64,000 nucleotides of DNA from Octopus vulgaris (GCA_951406725.2 OX597821.1:88846001-88910000); one strand, 5' to 3'; positions 42,567 to 56,582 are shown, numbered from the stretch's first letter. Numbers and translations: made by a program. The notes: a model not told the origin generated them from the letters alone.

Positions 42567-43151
42567 AACTGAAGTTCCTTCTGTGGTGTCATACACAAGT
42601 ATCTGTGGTGGTTATGTTCCTTAAATAGATAGGGTTTGATGCATTTCTAAACTTGCATTCTGGTCAGTAGAGCGGTGCATAATTACTAAAGTAGTGATTG
42701 GCGTCACGAAATTGGGCGTCCACATCAAATGAGAAACTTTTGTTGGCCTTCGTGTTGTCTTTCATAGAAAATGTTACGTTACTTATGCGTATAGTTAACG
42801 TTTATTATATTGAAAAATGATTGTTCATAGCAGACGATTTCCCTTGCATAAAATCTTACCGTGTTGGAAAGAAACTGAATCAACTGCTGTTCCTTCTGTG
42901 GTTTAATACACAAGTGTCTGTGATGGTTATATTCCTTAAATGGGTGGGGTCCTACGCATTTCTCAACTAACATTCTGATCGGTAGAGCGGTGCATAATTT
43001 CTAAGGCATTTGTTCATGTTACGGAATTGGACGTCTACATTAAACGAGAAACTGTTGTTGGCCTTTGTGTTGTCTTTCATCGAAAACGTTACGTTACTTA
43101 TGCGTATAGTTAACCTTTTTTATAATAAAAAGAAACGATCATTTATAGCAG
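42567..43151. repeat. Diverged tandem duplication with a 315-bp period (about 1.9 units)
   Basis: ttccttctgtgg at 42575 and 42890; long colinear matches such as gttacgttacttatgcgtatagttaac. Confidence 0.9.
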
Positions 43152-44094
43152 GTATGAAACCCTACGGTGCGTGAAACCCTACGGTGCTGGAAAAAAACTG
43201 AATCGACTGGATAGAAACATTGTCCAAGATAAAAAAAAGAAACTAGCTATTTCTTCCAAGTCTGTGCTTAGTGACATTGATGTAGAAGGGGATGATGCTA
43301 ATGGTGATGATGGTGATTATGATTCTAATTATCGAAGTGCTGCTGGGAGCGTTGATGGTGAAATAAATAGTGCTTATGTTCATATTGGAACCGATGGTTG
43401 TACTGATGATAATGTTTTTTGTTTTGGTGATGGTGATGGTGATGGTGATGGTGGAGCTATTGATAAAGGCCCTCGAGTCAGTGATGAGAAGACGATGGTT
43501 AGTCTGCTGATGGTAGAATGGTGTGCAGCGTGGTTTGCAGTTTTAATGCGGTTGATGATATTGATGGTGATGGTGATGTTGTGGCTGAATGAGCGATCTA
43601 AATGATGTTTATGATGCTCAGTTAAAGATAAACCGATAGTGGTTGTCGTGATGATGATTGGGAGGGAGAAAAAGGAATATTATGCAGAGAATAGTCTTTT
43701 TCATTGTAATATTGTTCATTGATATCGAGTTTTGTAATAAACGGTTATAGGTCGCAGAGCAGGATGTGATACTCTTATCATATAACAATACATAGCCCGG
43801 AACAGTAAAACAAAATAATCATTCAGAAAATGAAACCGAATTATTTTACTGGTTTCAGTGATTAGACTGTGGCCATAAATGGGCACAACACTAAAATATC
43901 TAGTATTTTATATTTTCAGTATTTAGACTGCGGCCATGCTGATGTACTGTACTTTAATTTATGAAAGATTTTACTTCAGTGAGCATAGTGGGCACTTCAC
44001 TTAAATGTTTTGCAAACTATTTTTCAGTCAACAGCCGGTGACCATAATAAGGCACTATATTCAAAGATATTGATTTCAAATTTTGGCTCAAAGG

Positions 44095-44311
44095 TATTGG
44101 TTTCAAATTTTGGCTCAAAACCATCAAGTTCGGGGAAAAGAAAGAGGTTAAGTCGATTACATCGACCCCAGTGCTCAATTGGAACTTATTTTAGCAACTC
44201 CGAAAGGAATGAAAGGCAAAGTCGATCTCAACGGAATTTGAACTAAGAACGTAAAGACGAACGAAATGCCGTTAAGCGTTTTCCCCACGTTTTTCTGTCA
44301 GCTCATCGCTT
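44095..44311 (-). mobile_element. SINE family A copy with the older tail and a short tandem duplication of the tail end (44068-44120)
   Basis: aagtcgattacatcgaccccagtgctcaa core. Confidence 0.75.
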
Positions 44312-44759
44312 TACTACATTCAAAGATATTAAAAGTTATAAACTAGCTACTAGAATGTTGTCATGCTGGATCAATGCTGTATAAGGTATAGTAGAACGGA
44401 TCGGCTAGTTGGCTGGCCTGTTTGCTTAGACCCTCTTGCAAACTTGTTTAACTGACCTCGGAAAGAAGAAATGCAAAGTCAAAACTCCTCAGGAATTGAA
44501 CTAAGAACGTTAATATATTCGTAAATGCGTATCAAAAGAGCCATTGTGGTGTTTACGAGTGTACTCAACCTGCAAGAAACAGCAGTAAAATATTCCTTAA
44601 TTCACCACTTACTGCCGAAAGTAAGAAAAAGCACCAGATCAGTAAATAAAATTCTGGTCTACCAAAACTTGTCAGCTGACATGAACTAGCTTTAGTCAGT
44701 GCTGGTTTTGTGGGAAAATAACGACAGCAGCAACAGCAGCAACTGCAAAAACAGGATGC

Positions 44760-44970
44760 GGCGTGCTGGCAGAATCAGTAGCACGCCAGGCGAAATGCTT
44801 AGCGGTATTTCATCTGTCTTTACGTTCTGAGTTCAAATTCCGCTGAGCTCGATTTTGCATTTTATTCTTTCATGGCCGTTAAATTAAGTATCAGTTGCAT
44901 ACTGGGGTCGATCTACTTGACTGGCCCTATCTCCCCAAAATTTTCGGGCCTTGTACCTAGAGTAGAACAG
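44760..44970 (+). mobile_element. SINE family A copy (older tail)
   Basis: gctggcagaatc...gagttcaaattcc head and core. Confidence 0.8.
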
Positions 44971-44988
44971 ATTATTGGATTTACCTAA

Positions 44989-45222
44989 GGTGACTAGCTG
45001 GCAGAATCGTTAGCATGCCGGGCGAAATGCTTAGCGGTATTTCGTCTGCCGCTACGTTCTGAGTTCAAATTTCGGCGAGGTCGACTTTGCATTTCATCCT
45101 TTCGGGTCGATTAAATAAGTACCAGTTACGCACTGAGGTCGATATAATCAACTTAAACCGTTTGTCTGTCCTTGTTTGTCCCCTCCGTGTTTAGCCCCTT
45201 GTGGGTAGTAAAGAAATAGGTA
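44989..45222 (+). mobile_element. SINE family A copy directly downstream of the previous one
   Basis: Full head, core and tail ending gaaataggta. Confidence 0.88.
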
Positions 45223-45325
45223 CTTGTTTTGAACATGTTGCTACTAACTGTCATTCACTGGCATATGTAAAATAATATTATAATACATCATTACACACAG
45301 AGGCACACACACGCACGCACACGGA

Positions 45326-45560
45326 CATACATACATACATACATACATAGATACATACATACATGCATACATACATACAGACAGACATACATACATGCAT
45401 GCATGCATACATACATACATAGATACATACATACATACATACATGCATGCATACATACATACATGCATACATACATGCATACATACATGCATGCATGCAT
45501 ACATGCATACATGCATACATACATCATGCATGCATGCATGCATACATACATACATACATA
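45326..45560. repeat. (CATA)n/(CATG)n mixed tetranucleotide tract
   Basis: Directly visible. Confidence 0.92.
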
Positions 45561-45590
45561 TATATATATACACACATCTACATACATATA

Positions 45591-45697
45591 CCGAGGCTAT
45601 AGAAGAAGACACTTGCCCAAGGTACCACGCAGTGGGACTGAACTAGGAACCATGTGGTTCGTAAGCAAGCTATATACCACACAGCCACTCCTACGCC
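45591..45697 (-). mobile_element. SINE family B head fragment
   Basis: ccgaggctatag.agaagacacttgcccaagg...ccacacagccactcctacgcc. Confidence 0.8.
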
Positions 45698-45726
45698 TAG
45701 CTACTTATCAGACAGGCACTCCTACG

Positions 45727-45765
<39 letters not shown>

Positions 45766-45769
45766 TTCA

Positions 45770-45964
45770 TCTTTTACTTGTTTCAGTCATGAGACTGCGG
45801 GCATGCAGAATTTTAGTCGAATCAACACCAGTACTTCCTTTGAAGTTTGGTTCTTATTCTATCGAATGTTTTGCCGAACCGCTAATTTACGGGAAAGTAA
45901 AAACAACGACACCGGTTGTCAAGCGGTAGGGATAAGACAAACACAGACGCAAAAACACATACAC

Positions 45965-46012
<48 letters not shown>

Positions 46013-46172
46013 ACATACGACAGACTTCATTTAGTGTCCATTTACCAAATTAACTCACAAGGATTTGATCGGTCCGGGTCTGTAGCAGAGGACAAGTGGC
46101 ACGTGGTGGGATTGAACCTGGAGCTATGTAGTGTAGGATCAAGTTTCCTACCAGCTCAGCCACGCCTACGCC
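45770..46172 (-). mobile_element. SINE family B, diverged copy with internal (CA)n
   Basis: Tail cttttacttgtttcagtcat through to the head cagccacgcctacgcc. Confidence 0.8.
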
Positions 46173-46246
46173 TAAATATATACATATTAATATATATGTG
46201 TGTGTATGTGCATGCGTGCGCATGTCTGTGCTCATATATATATATC

Positions 46247-46342
<96 letters not shown>

Positions 46343-46993
46343 AACTATTAATTATACGTTAGAGTTTCAGCGCTAATTAAGGCATGAAACTCGGAGTAAG
46401 CAATGCCTAATCAATAATTTGCATTGCTTATTTATATTTTAGTATTTTTCTGAGTGGCCATGGGGCAAACGCATTGACCGATTTCACCAAATCTCTTAGC
46501 TATCATTAAAGGCACGTCCAAGAAAATCGGACATGCTTCAATGAATTCTGAAGCCTTCGTCTTTAATGAGAAGTGGTTTCTCTACCGCTGTTGTTTAGTT
46601 ATGTCAACGACGGTATGCTGAAAGAGTTGCTTCTAGAAATGTGTTCTTTGTAGATGATGTGGGAGTGGGGTGACGAGAGAGCCCTTAAGGGTCTAAGCAA
46701 CCAGACCAGCCAACTAGCCGACCAACCAACAACAGTATAACGATGTGATGCGTTCATTCGGTCATTCATGCATTGTGGAATGTGTTGGAATTGCAAAGTT
46801 AGTTTGTGGGCAGCCAATTAAGGCCTCTGACAATGACGGGTCGGAATAGATGGAGTGGTAGTGATGGTGGTGGTGGTGTTGAGGGTGGTGGGGGGTGTAC
46901 GAGATGGTTTGTGTTAAGCGTGTAGTAGAAGACATATATTTGTAAAACTGGTTCTTGTGGATGTATTTTCAGAGAGAGAAAGAAAGAGAGGCA

Positions 46994-47025
<32 letters not shown>

Positions 47026-47934
47026 TAGGCAGTGCAAGGCAGGGAAAGAGAGAGAAAAAGTGTGTGAAAGAGAAAGAGAGAGTAAAAGAAAGGGAAAGAG
47101 GGTAGTGTGTGTTTGAGTTTGTATGCGCGTGAAAGAGTAAAAGAGAACGTGCGAGAGACGAATTGTGTATATATTTGTGCTCGAGAGACAGAGTGTGTAT
47201 GTGACAGACAGAGTGTGTGTATGTGTGTGTGTGTGTGTGTGTTCGCGCTCGGGTGTCTGTGTATAAGCGAGCCGGTGTGTGCGCAAGTGTGTGTGTTTGA
47301 AAGAGAGCACTTGTAGAAAAGAGAGATTACATGTGTGAGTAAATAAAATGCAAGGGGTGACAAAGAGAGAAAAGGATGTAAGATAAAGGGTGAGGAGAGG
47401 TCAGAGGCAGGGAGATAGATAGTGAGAGAGAATGTGTTGTGTGTGCGCACGCGCGTGTGTATGGGGAAAGTGTTTTACCGAAAGAAAGTGAGTGTTTGCG
47501 AATGAATTTTTGATTTGCTCAGTGTTTTAAAGAGAACACCAATGAATAAGAAAACGTGAGTGGGAGCGTGTAGGTATGTCTCGTGTGTGTGTGCATGTGT
47601 AACTTTCTTTCTTTGTGTGTGCATGTGTATGTGTATGTGTGTGTGTGTGTATCTATGCGTGCGCGAGTGCGTGTTACTGAAAGATCGCAACAGGGGAAAC
47701 TCAAAGACGAGATTGTGATGCTGACTGGAAGAGGCAGAGAGAACGAGATGACAATAACTGAACAAATGAATTTATAAATGAATACACGAATAAATAAATA
47801 AATAAAATAAATAAATTGATAAATAAATAAATAAATAAATAGAATGACAAAGATCTGAGAGTTCTTCGAATGTTTTACTGTGCAGATGTGAGTGTATCTG
47901 TGTGTATATCGTACTATGCATGTGTACATACCAT

Positions 47935-48530
47935 TATGTATGTAAGTATGTATGTATTATGCATGTATGTATGTATGTATGTATGTAGATTTTGTAAGTA
48001 TGTATATATGTACCTGTATGTATGTATGTATGTATGTATGCATGTATGTATGTATGTATGTATGTATGCATGTAGATTTTGTAAGTATGAATGTATGTAC
48101 CTGTATGTATGTATGTATGTATGTATGAATGCATGTATGCATATAGATTTTGTAATTATGAATGTATGTATGTATGTATGTATGCATGTATGTATGTATG
48201 TAGATTTTGTAAGTATGAATATATGTACCTGTATGTATGTATGCATGTAAGTATGCATGTAAATTTTGTAAGTATGAATGTATGTACCTGTATGTAGTGG
48301 GTGCGTGTAGGTATGTCTTGTGTGTATGTATGTATGAATGTATGTATGTATGTAGATTTTGTAAGTTTGAATGTATGTAGCTGTATGGTTGTATGTATCT
48401 ATGTTTGTAGTTTTCTGTATGCATTTACTTATGTATGTATGTATTTATGACTGTATGTATGAATGTATGTACGTAGGTTTGTACTTTTATGTATGTATAA
48501 ATGACTGTATGTATGTATATATGTATGTAT
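47935..48530. repeat. (TATG)n-based minisatellite with a recurring higher-order motif tagattttgtaagtatg
   Basis: The motif recurs six times (near 47986, 48073, 48144, 48201, 48260, 48353), separated by variable TATG arrays. Confidence 0.85.
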
Positions 48531-49246
48531 GTCTTCATGCACGCGTGTGCGTGAACGATTTATGAGCTAGCCTTTGTTCAACTGTATACGAGCGTGTATT
48601 TGCGTATATGAATTTGTATGTGAAAGTACAGGTTTTATAAGTGTTGCATAGGTGGCAATATATATGCAAGTTTGTGTGCCTGCGTGAGTGTGTATGTATG
48701 TGTGTGTGTGCGTGTGTGTGTGTGTGTGTGAAAGGGTGATAAATTGAAAGAGAGTGAAAGGGAGAGGAGAAGAGTAGTTACGAAAGAAATGTAAAGTCCC
48801 CAACGAGAGAAATCAACGATGGGTATATAAGATGGGAAAATCAATTTGGTTTTTAATTGAAAAATAAATACATAAATAAATGGCGAAGACATGTAAAGGA
48901 AAAGATGTAAGGGAAAGAAAATATACAGAAAGTAAGAAAGAATAAAATGAAGATTATATGAACAAACAAATAAATGAGGGAAACACAGCAGATATAGAAA
49001 GACGTGTATGTCCACATGTGTGGAAAGACAAAATGCACAGAAGAAAAAAAAGACATGAAGATTGTGGAAAAAAAAAATTGAATGGAAGACACTTAATTAA
49101 AAAGTCATCACATTGGTTCTTTTAGGCGACAAAGAAACACTGGTAGCCATGAGGAAAAACTCCGAGTAACATTGGTCCTCATCACAATATGTTCTGAATA
49201 ATTTCCTCCCGCTGCTTGTATATAGAAACATGTACTTGTGTGTGTA

Positions 49247-49343
<97 letters not shown>

Positions 49344-49427
49344 CATACATACATATATATATATATGTATGTATATGTATATGTGTCTCTCTCTATATAT
49401 ATATATGTATATATATATATATGTATG

Positions 49428-49459
<32 letters not shown>

Positions 49460-49465
49460 TGTACA

Positions 49466-49533
<68 letters not shown>

Positions 49534-49545
49534 AGAATACGAACA

Positions 49546-49579
<34 letters not shown>

Positions 49580-49586
49580 TGTGCGT

Positions 49587-49915
49587 ATTCTTTTCTTTGT
49601 TTCAGTCATTTGATTCCGGCTATGCTGGAGCACCGCTTTTAGTCAAAAAATCGCCCTCATGACTTATTCTTTGTAAGCCTAGTACTTATTCTATCCGACT
49701 CTTTTGCCGAAGCGCTAAGTTACAGGGACGTAGACACATCAACATCGGTTGTCAAACGATGGTGGTAGGGACAAACACTGACACACAAACACGCACATAT
49801 ACAAAACGAGATTAGCCCGAGGCTATAGTAGAAGACACTTCTCCAAAGTGACATGGAATGGGACTGAACACTGAACAATGTGGTTGGTACGCAAGTTACT
49901 TATCACACAGCCATA
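49587..49915 (-). mobile_element. SINE family B with an internal deletion
   Basis: Tail and head both present; the middle is shortened. Confidence 0.82.
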
Positions 49916-49921
49916 CTTGAG

Positions 49922-49979
<58 letters not shown>

Positions 49980-50649
49980 TGGGTTAAAATAATATTTAAA
50001 TATTAATTTAACTCACAAGGTTCTTTTGTGCGCTGGCCGCTGATAAATTATATATATATATATTTACACACACATACATACAGGTCCGCCTGACAGGGAC
50101 CATGCAAAAAGCCAACAACTGGTAGTCAGATCACCTTTAAACACGATTTAACGGATAATTCATTTCGCTCCTAAAGTGTCGTTGGTATTCAAAGTAAAAG
50201 ATTGTTCATCAGAGTTTACCATCGTGGAGTTTCATGGCACTGGTAACAAACTTAGCTTGCCTGAAAAGCAAACATTGTCGTTGCTTGCAAGATATCCTTG
50301 GTTCTGCTCTAAACGAAACACGAAAACCTGGTTCAGAAAAACAGCATCGGCGAAAATGAAAGAGATAGAGAGAGAGACAGAGCGGGAGAGAAAGATAATA
50401 ATGAACGTTAACTGAATGATAGTCACTAAAAAATGTTCGCGGTTCAGTAACAGAGTAAATGATGAATAATTGGTAGCTAAAGCAATTGAAATCCATAAGC
50501 TGATTGACACGTGTGAGATAAGCGGTTCATTCAACAGGGATAAAATAATCTATACTTCAGTTACAACTAGTGTAACCAACAGCTCCGATATAAAGATAAT
50601 AGAAAAAAAATGATAAAGGAACAAGTGGTCAACAACAATTGATAGAACA

Positions 50650-50855
50650 TTGGTTTTAAATTTTGGCACAGAGCCAGTAAGATCGGAGGAGGGAGTGATC
50701 CGATTACCTCGACCGTAATACTCGACTAGTACCTTTTTTTTCCACTCTGCGAGGATGAAAAGCAAGGCCGACTTTAGCGGAATTTGAACACAGAAGGTAA
50801 AGTCGGAGTAATGCCGCTAAGCATGTTGCCCGGTTTTTTAACAATTCTGCCAGAT
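50650..50855 (-). mobile_element. Old SINE family A copy
   Basis: Older tail attggttttaaattttggcaca plus a diverged core. Confidence 0.65.
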
Positions 50856-50913
50856 CCTTACTTTCTGATTGAAAGACTACAAAATAATTGCTTAATCGTG
50901 ATTGTGTAGCATA

Positions 50914-51508
50914 TTATTTCTTTATTGCTCACAAGGGGCTAAACATAGTGGGGACAAACAAGGACAGACAAGGGATTGATTGATTACATCGACCCCAGTG
51001 CGTAACTGGTACTTATTTAATCGACCCCGAAAGGATGAAAAGCAATGTCGAGCTCTGTGGAATTTGAACTCAGAACGTAGCGGCAGACGAAATACCTATT
51101 TCTTTACTACCCACAAGGGGCTAAATACAGACAGGACAAACAAGGACAGACAAACGGATTAAGTCGATTATATCAACCCCAGTGCGTAACTAGTACTTTT
51201 TCATCAACCCCGAAAGGATGAAAGGCAAAGTCGACCTCGGCGGAATTTGAACTCAGAACGTAGCGGCAGACGAAATACCTATTTCTTTACTACCCACAAG
51301 GGGCTACACACTGAGATGACAAAACAAGGAGAGACAAATGGATTAAGTCGATTATATCAACCCCAGTGCGTAACTGGTACTTATTTAATCGACCCCGAAA
51401 GGATGAAAGGCAAAGTCGACCTCGGCGGAATTTGAACTCAGAACGTAACGGCGGATGAAATACGGCTACGCATTTCGCCCGGCGTGCTAACGTTTCTGCC
51501 AGATCGCC
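50914..51508 (-). mobile_element. SINE family A trimer (one head plus three ~183-bp units)
   Basis: Junctions gaaatacc|tatttc at 51096/51097 and 51279/51280. Confidence 0.92.
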
Positions 51509-51789
51509 ACATATGGGAATCTCTGTTACAGTATTAAGAGGTAGTGATGTAGATGGTATAGATGATGATCATCATAAGGAGGAGGAGAGGAAGAGGAAGT
51601 GGAAGGAGGAAGACGACGTTGATGAGGACGACGATGGGTATGTCGAGGACAATGACGATTACAATGAGGATTATAGCGGAAATGATTATTATGATTAGAT
51701 TGGAGTCATAGTCAGGCAAAACCTTTATAAAGCATTCAAGCCACAAATGTGTCAAAAAAGGTTATAACTGACCATAAATTGATCATCCA

Positions 51790-52260
51790 CTGATATTCGA
51801 GTGTTGATAACATGCAGAAGATTTGATTGAAAGTAAATCATTGTGTTGCAAGTTGATAGTGGCCAATAGAGAGATGTTCTTTTTGATATTACTAAGAGCA
51901 ATAGCTTATTGTACTAGATAATGATACTGAAGCCATTTGGAAAATCATAAAGAAATAAATGTTGTCAAAATCTCAGCGTATTTATAAGGCAGTAGAAGTT
52001 CTTAACAGTATTCTCTGTGAAGTAAGAGCATTTTCTAGCAAGATAATCAACTTCAATGAATTTATTCCAAGGCAAAAATAATGGTAACTGTTTAGGAGGC
52101 TGATGCACATCTTTGTTAATGTTTACAAAGATCCATTTAAAAACATTATGAAATACGAATGCAATGAGACAACAAAGAAATAACTGTGGATGTAACACAC
52201 CAATTAATTAGCCTGGAACAAGGATATGTATTTCTTAAAATGGGACGAAAAATTTTCTTG
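51790..52260 (+). pseudogene. Possible decayed hAT transposase (ZMYM1/DUF4371-like) remnant
   Basis: Fragments HFLAR, KNNGNCLG and DP resemble the 'FLA.Q.L.FRG...NGNFLG...DP' motif. Confidence 0.3.
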
Positions 52261-53506
52261 TAGAGTCAAACATCGTTCATTTTGTTTTATCCTAGAAGAG
52301 TTATGTCTCTCATTCGTTAGACGCAGTGTAATTGTAAGTAAATAACGGTTTCCAGCAGCCTACTTTAGGCTGTTTTGGAGAAATGTATACATGTTTATTA
52401 TTCTTCAACCAAGCTGATAAGTACCATCTCAATATAGAAAAACAGCAATACAACGCCAGACTTGAGGCGGCTTTGCGGCAGTCAGAATATGCTGGAGTAA
52501 AGCTTAGCTTCGGACGATGCTAAACTATTAAACAGATGGCTGTACTAGTTTGTAGAAAACGACAAGAAATAGGAAAGGAACGACTATTCTACCCCAGGGA
52601 AAGTCTATACATTCCCCAGACGGTCGGGAATTTGTAAGTCTAATATCAAATCCTACAGTGAATGATGTTTTTTACAACTCTTCATATTCCAAGAAAACGA
52701 CATTTAAGAAGAGAGATAATCTCTCCATAAAGAAATGTTCTCGAACTACCTTCTCGTTTCTGTTTCTTTCATTCTTTTTTTCTTTCTATCTTTCTCTCTT
52801 CCTTTTTCTTTCTTTCTTTCCTTCTTTCGGTCTTTCTTTCCGAATTTTATTACTCATCTCCTTTGATCGTTGAAAAATCTTCAGGTGTTGCATGAAAATG
52901 CATTTAATGCACAGAGCATATGCATCATGCATCAGAAGATGAAAGTCAAATCGAAGAATGCACTCTTTCGTGTGTCAGTCTTATTATGAATCAGATTCTT
53001 TTATATCGTCCACAATACCTGTAATTTTTACGAAAGCACCGAGAAACATGTAAACACCTGCTTACTGACTCATGTACCCAACTGCACCCGCATGTATACA
53101 AATATACGAAATCACAAACACAAGATGTCGTCATAGTTAATCAGTTTTTACCAATCTTACATATCTTAGTCATGCATTTTGTTTTACGTTTTCTTTCTCT
53201 TCTTGATATTATTATCATCTTTGTCCTCATTACTTCATCTTTTTGGTACAGGATATTATTATGTTGAGTCGGATGTACGGAACTTGAGGCACTGAATATT
53301 TTCTTATGTGTGTCTATTAAGAAGTACATCTGTGTTCGGATGTATGTTTCTGTTTATGCGTAGGAATTTTTGCTTCGATATATGTAAATGAATGTGTGTG
53401 TATGTGTGTGTATGTGTGTTTTATGTATGTGTGTGATCTTGTTTAGACATATGATGTGCGTTTTGTTAGTGCGTGATTTTGTGTTTATTCAAATTTAGTA
53501 GCAAAC

Positions 53507-53588
53507 TAATAATGATAATAATAATAATAATAAAATAATAATAATAATAATAATAATAACAACAACAATAACAATAATAATAATAATG

Positions 53589-53634
<46 letters not shown>

Positions 53635-53664
53635 CAATAATAATAATAAAATAATAATAATAAC

Positions 53665-53717
<53 letters not shown>

Positions 53718-53740
53718 TGATGATAATAATAATACTGATG

Positions 53741-53822
<82 letters not shown>

Positions 53823-53837
53823 CAATAATAATAATAA
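53507..53837. repeat. Long (AAT)n microsatellite with no LINE insert
   Basis: Directly visible. Confidence 0.95.
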
Positions 53838-54633
53838 AGTTATGTACAATAATTTATTTGTTTTCAGTAACCCTGACGCATACCATCACCTGTGTCTTGG
53901 AAACAGGATCTAACATTTTTACGTACGTGTTTGTCGACATGGTGTGTTTGTTTGAGAGACAGGGTGCGTTGTGTAACTGTTTATTTGACTGCGTGGTTAT
54001 GTTTCATGACGAACCCTAACTTAAAAACATTTACTATCTACTGTCAATAATTTCGAAAAACAAGTCTACGAAGCAGTCTCTTAAAGGTGATGATTCGACC
54101 TGACAGAATTAACAGTCAAATTTCCTTTCCACCACCCTTTAATGTCTTAAAAAGGGAAAACACGTTAAAAATTCCATTCCCTTTAAAAGTATTTATGCCA
54201 AAGTAAACAATCTCCAGACCCCAAAATTGAGGAAAAAGTCAAGTAACGTAATCTGACAAGTGATAATGTTTACACACATATGCGGCGCGCGCGAATACAC
54301 ATGTGGGATGTGTGTGATATATGTATGTAGGTATGGATATTTTTCTTTACGTATGTAAGTACACACACACACACACACTTATATATGTATATATATCGCA
54401 CACACACACACATATAATTAAAGTTATAATTAAGGGTATCGAAAGGATACTCCCAGGCTAGAGATAGCAGTCAAAATTTGACTCTAAACCACATCAAGTA
54501 ATTCATACAATATCAGGACCCTTAATTATATCTTTAAGATAGCCTTAATTATTATTTTTTTGAATAATTATCACCTATAAGGTTTTAATTCCCATGCTGG
54601 CCACTTGATATCATCGGTATTTTAAGTAAGTAA

Positions 54634-54868
54634 GGCGGCGAGCTGGCAGAAACGTTAGCACGCCGGGCGAAATGCTTAGCGGTATTTCGTCTGCGTTACG
54701 TTGTGAGTTCGAATTCCGCCGAGGTCGACTTTGCCTTTCATCATTTCGGGGTCGATAAATTAAGTACCAGTTACGCACTGGGATCGATGTAATCGACTTA
54801 ATACCTATGTCTGTCCTTGTTTGTCCCCACTGTGTTTAGCCCCTTTGTGGGTAATAAAGAAATAGGTA
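54634..54868 (+). mobile_element. SINE family A, full-length young copy with TSD
   Basis: TSD ggtattttaagtaa at 54616-54629 and 54865-54878. Confidence 0.93.
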
Positions 54869-54902
54869 TTTTAAGTAACGGTCTTATTCTTATTTATATA
54901 AA

Positions 54903-54933
<31 letters not shown>

Positions 54934-55424
54934 TTACAATGCTTGCTTAAGATATGGTATATTCAAGGGGACAGAAGTTAAGTAGAAAAACGTGTACGTA
55001 AATATCCATAAATATATACGTGCATGTGTGAGTGTGTGTGTGAGTGTGAGTGCGTGTGCGTGTGTGCGTGTGTGTGTGTGTGTAGACACTTATGTTGAGA
55101 TCTATGGATGAATGTAACACTTCTCCGATTAACAGAACTACCTCCTCATTGAATTGTTGTATGTACGTGACTAAGTGTACCAGAGACACTTCAACCCTTC
55201 ACAAAATCAGTAGTTAATATCACAGCGACAATGTGGGACAAGAGTAAGATCTTCAGATTATAGGTTCAGTCCATCCGACTAACTTCCACGTTCACTTCCA
55301 CACACATTTCGTTTAATAAATCACTACATATCTTGGACATCTCTATACCTGTATTGCTCTCCCCCTCTCTCTCTCTCTCTCAAACTAGCTCTCTATCTCT
55401 CACTCTTTCTATATATATATATAC

Positions 55425-55467
<43 letters not shown>

Positions 55468-55536
55468 CATACATATACATATATATATGTATATATATAT
55501 ATATATATACATATAGCTATATAGATAGATAGATAG

Positions 55537-55572
<36 letters not shown>

Positions 55573-56582
55573 GTATATATATATACATACATATATATAT
55601 ATATACATAAATATATATATGTACATACATTAAAGAGATAAGGATTGAGATAGAAAGAGTGTATGTGTGAGAGAGAGAGAGAGTGAGAGAGAGAGATGGA
55701 GAGAAAGAAAGAGAGCAAATGGGAGGAGAAATGGGCTTTAAATACAAGTAGGAGTGGATATGTTTATAATAATACAGTCAAGCCCTTTTATACGAAACAT
55801 GCACAAGTTCTACTATTTTGATATATCTCGATCCAACGTAATTCATAGTACGTAGATACATCTATATAAGAGCATTCAAATATGTTTCTAAGTAGATAAA
55901 TTTACTTGCGCACATCATTTGATCTTTGTATATATTCATACATGTGAAATTTTATGTGTACGGCATAGAGGATCTCGTGTTGGTCTTCTACAGGGTTTAT
56001 TGAATTGTTAAATCACTTGTTATCATGTATAATAAAGTAAGTACTTGAGCATTCCACGTACACTTAATGTAATCATCTGGCAGAATCAACGTGACATTTT
56101 GCGTAGATAAGGCTGGCTCTTTGATTCTAAAGTACAGTCAATGTGATGGAAGCTTCAATGCATTCTCTGTAAACCCAAAATATGTGAATCAATCAAACTT
56201 CAGCGATTTTCTTTTAAAATATTCCATGGTCTCATCTGCAAAATTTTTACTCATAGGTTTACTTCATGTATGACTTAGATCTATTCAGCAACATCAACAA
56301 CAGTAACAACAACAGTAACAACAACAGTAACAACAACAGTACCAAGGCAAGGCACTCTAATTTTATATCTCTTACGTGTTACTTCATCTTCCAGAAACAA
56401 CAACGGGTTTTCTAATATATTTCACCATACCATTTCATAACAAATCAAAGGTGCAGCTGAAAATATCTTCCTTAATGCAGAAAATAGAACTAATATATAT
56501 TATTTTTATAGTTGCAACACTGTTAATAAAAACACCTTTTGAACACGATTAGATTCGATACAGAACTATATTAAAGTAGGTA

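Noticed and set aside
43171-43605. 144-aa acidic ORF
   Set aside because: Degenerate (GAT/GGT)n tract; the start arises from a 17-bp local duplication.
50914-51508. Regularly spaced repeats superficially like a CRISPR array
   Set aside because: Whole units repeat with no unique spacers, there are no cas genes, and the context is eukaryotic.
53161-53329. Possible minus-strand exon (CAG|ATG...AT|GTAAG) with an open frame
   Set aside because: No polypyrimidine tract, no recognisable protein, and no partner exons.
54432-54620. Short inverted repeat and a minus-strand CCGAUGA...AAAC motif
   Set aside because: Too degenerate; the cleavage position would be G and stem II is unclear.
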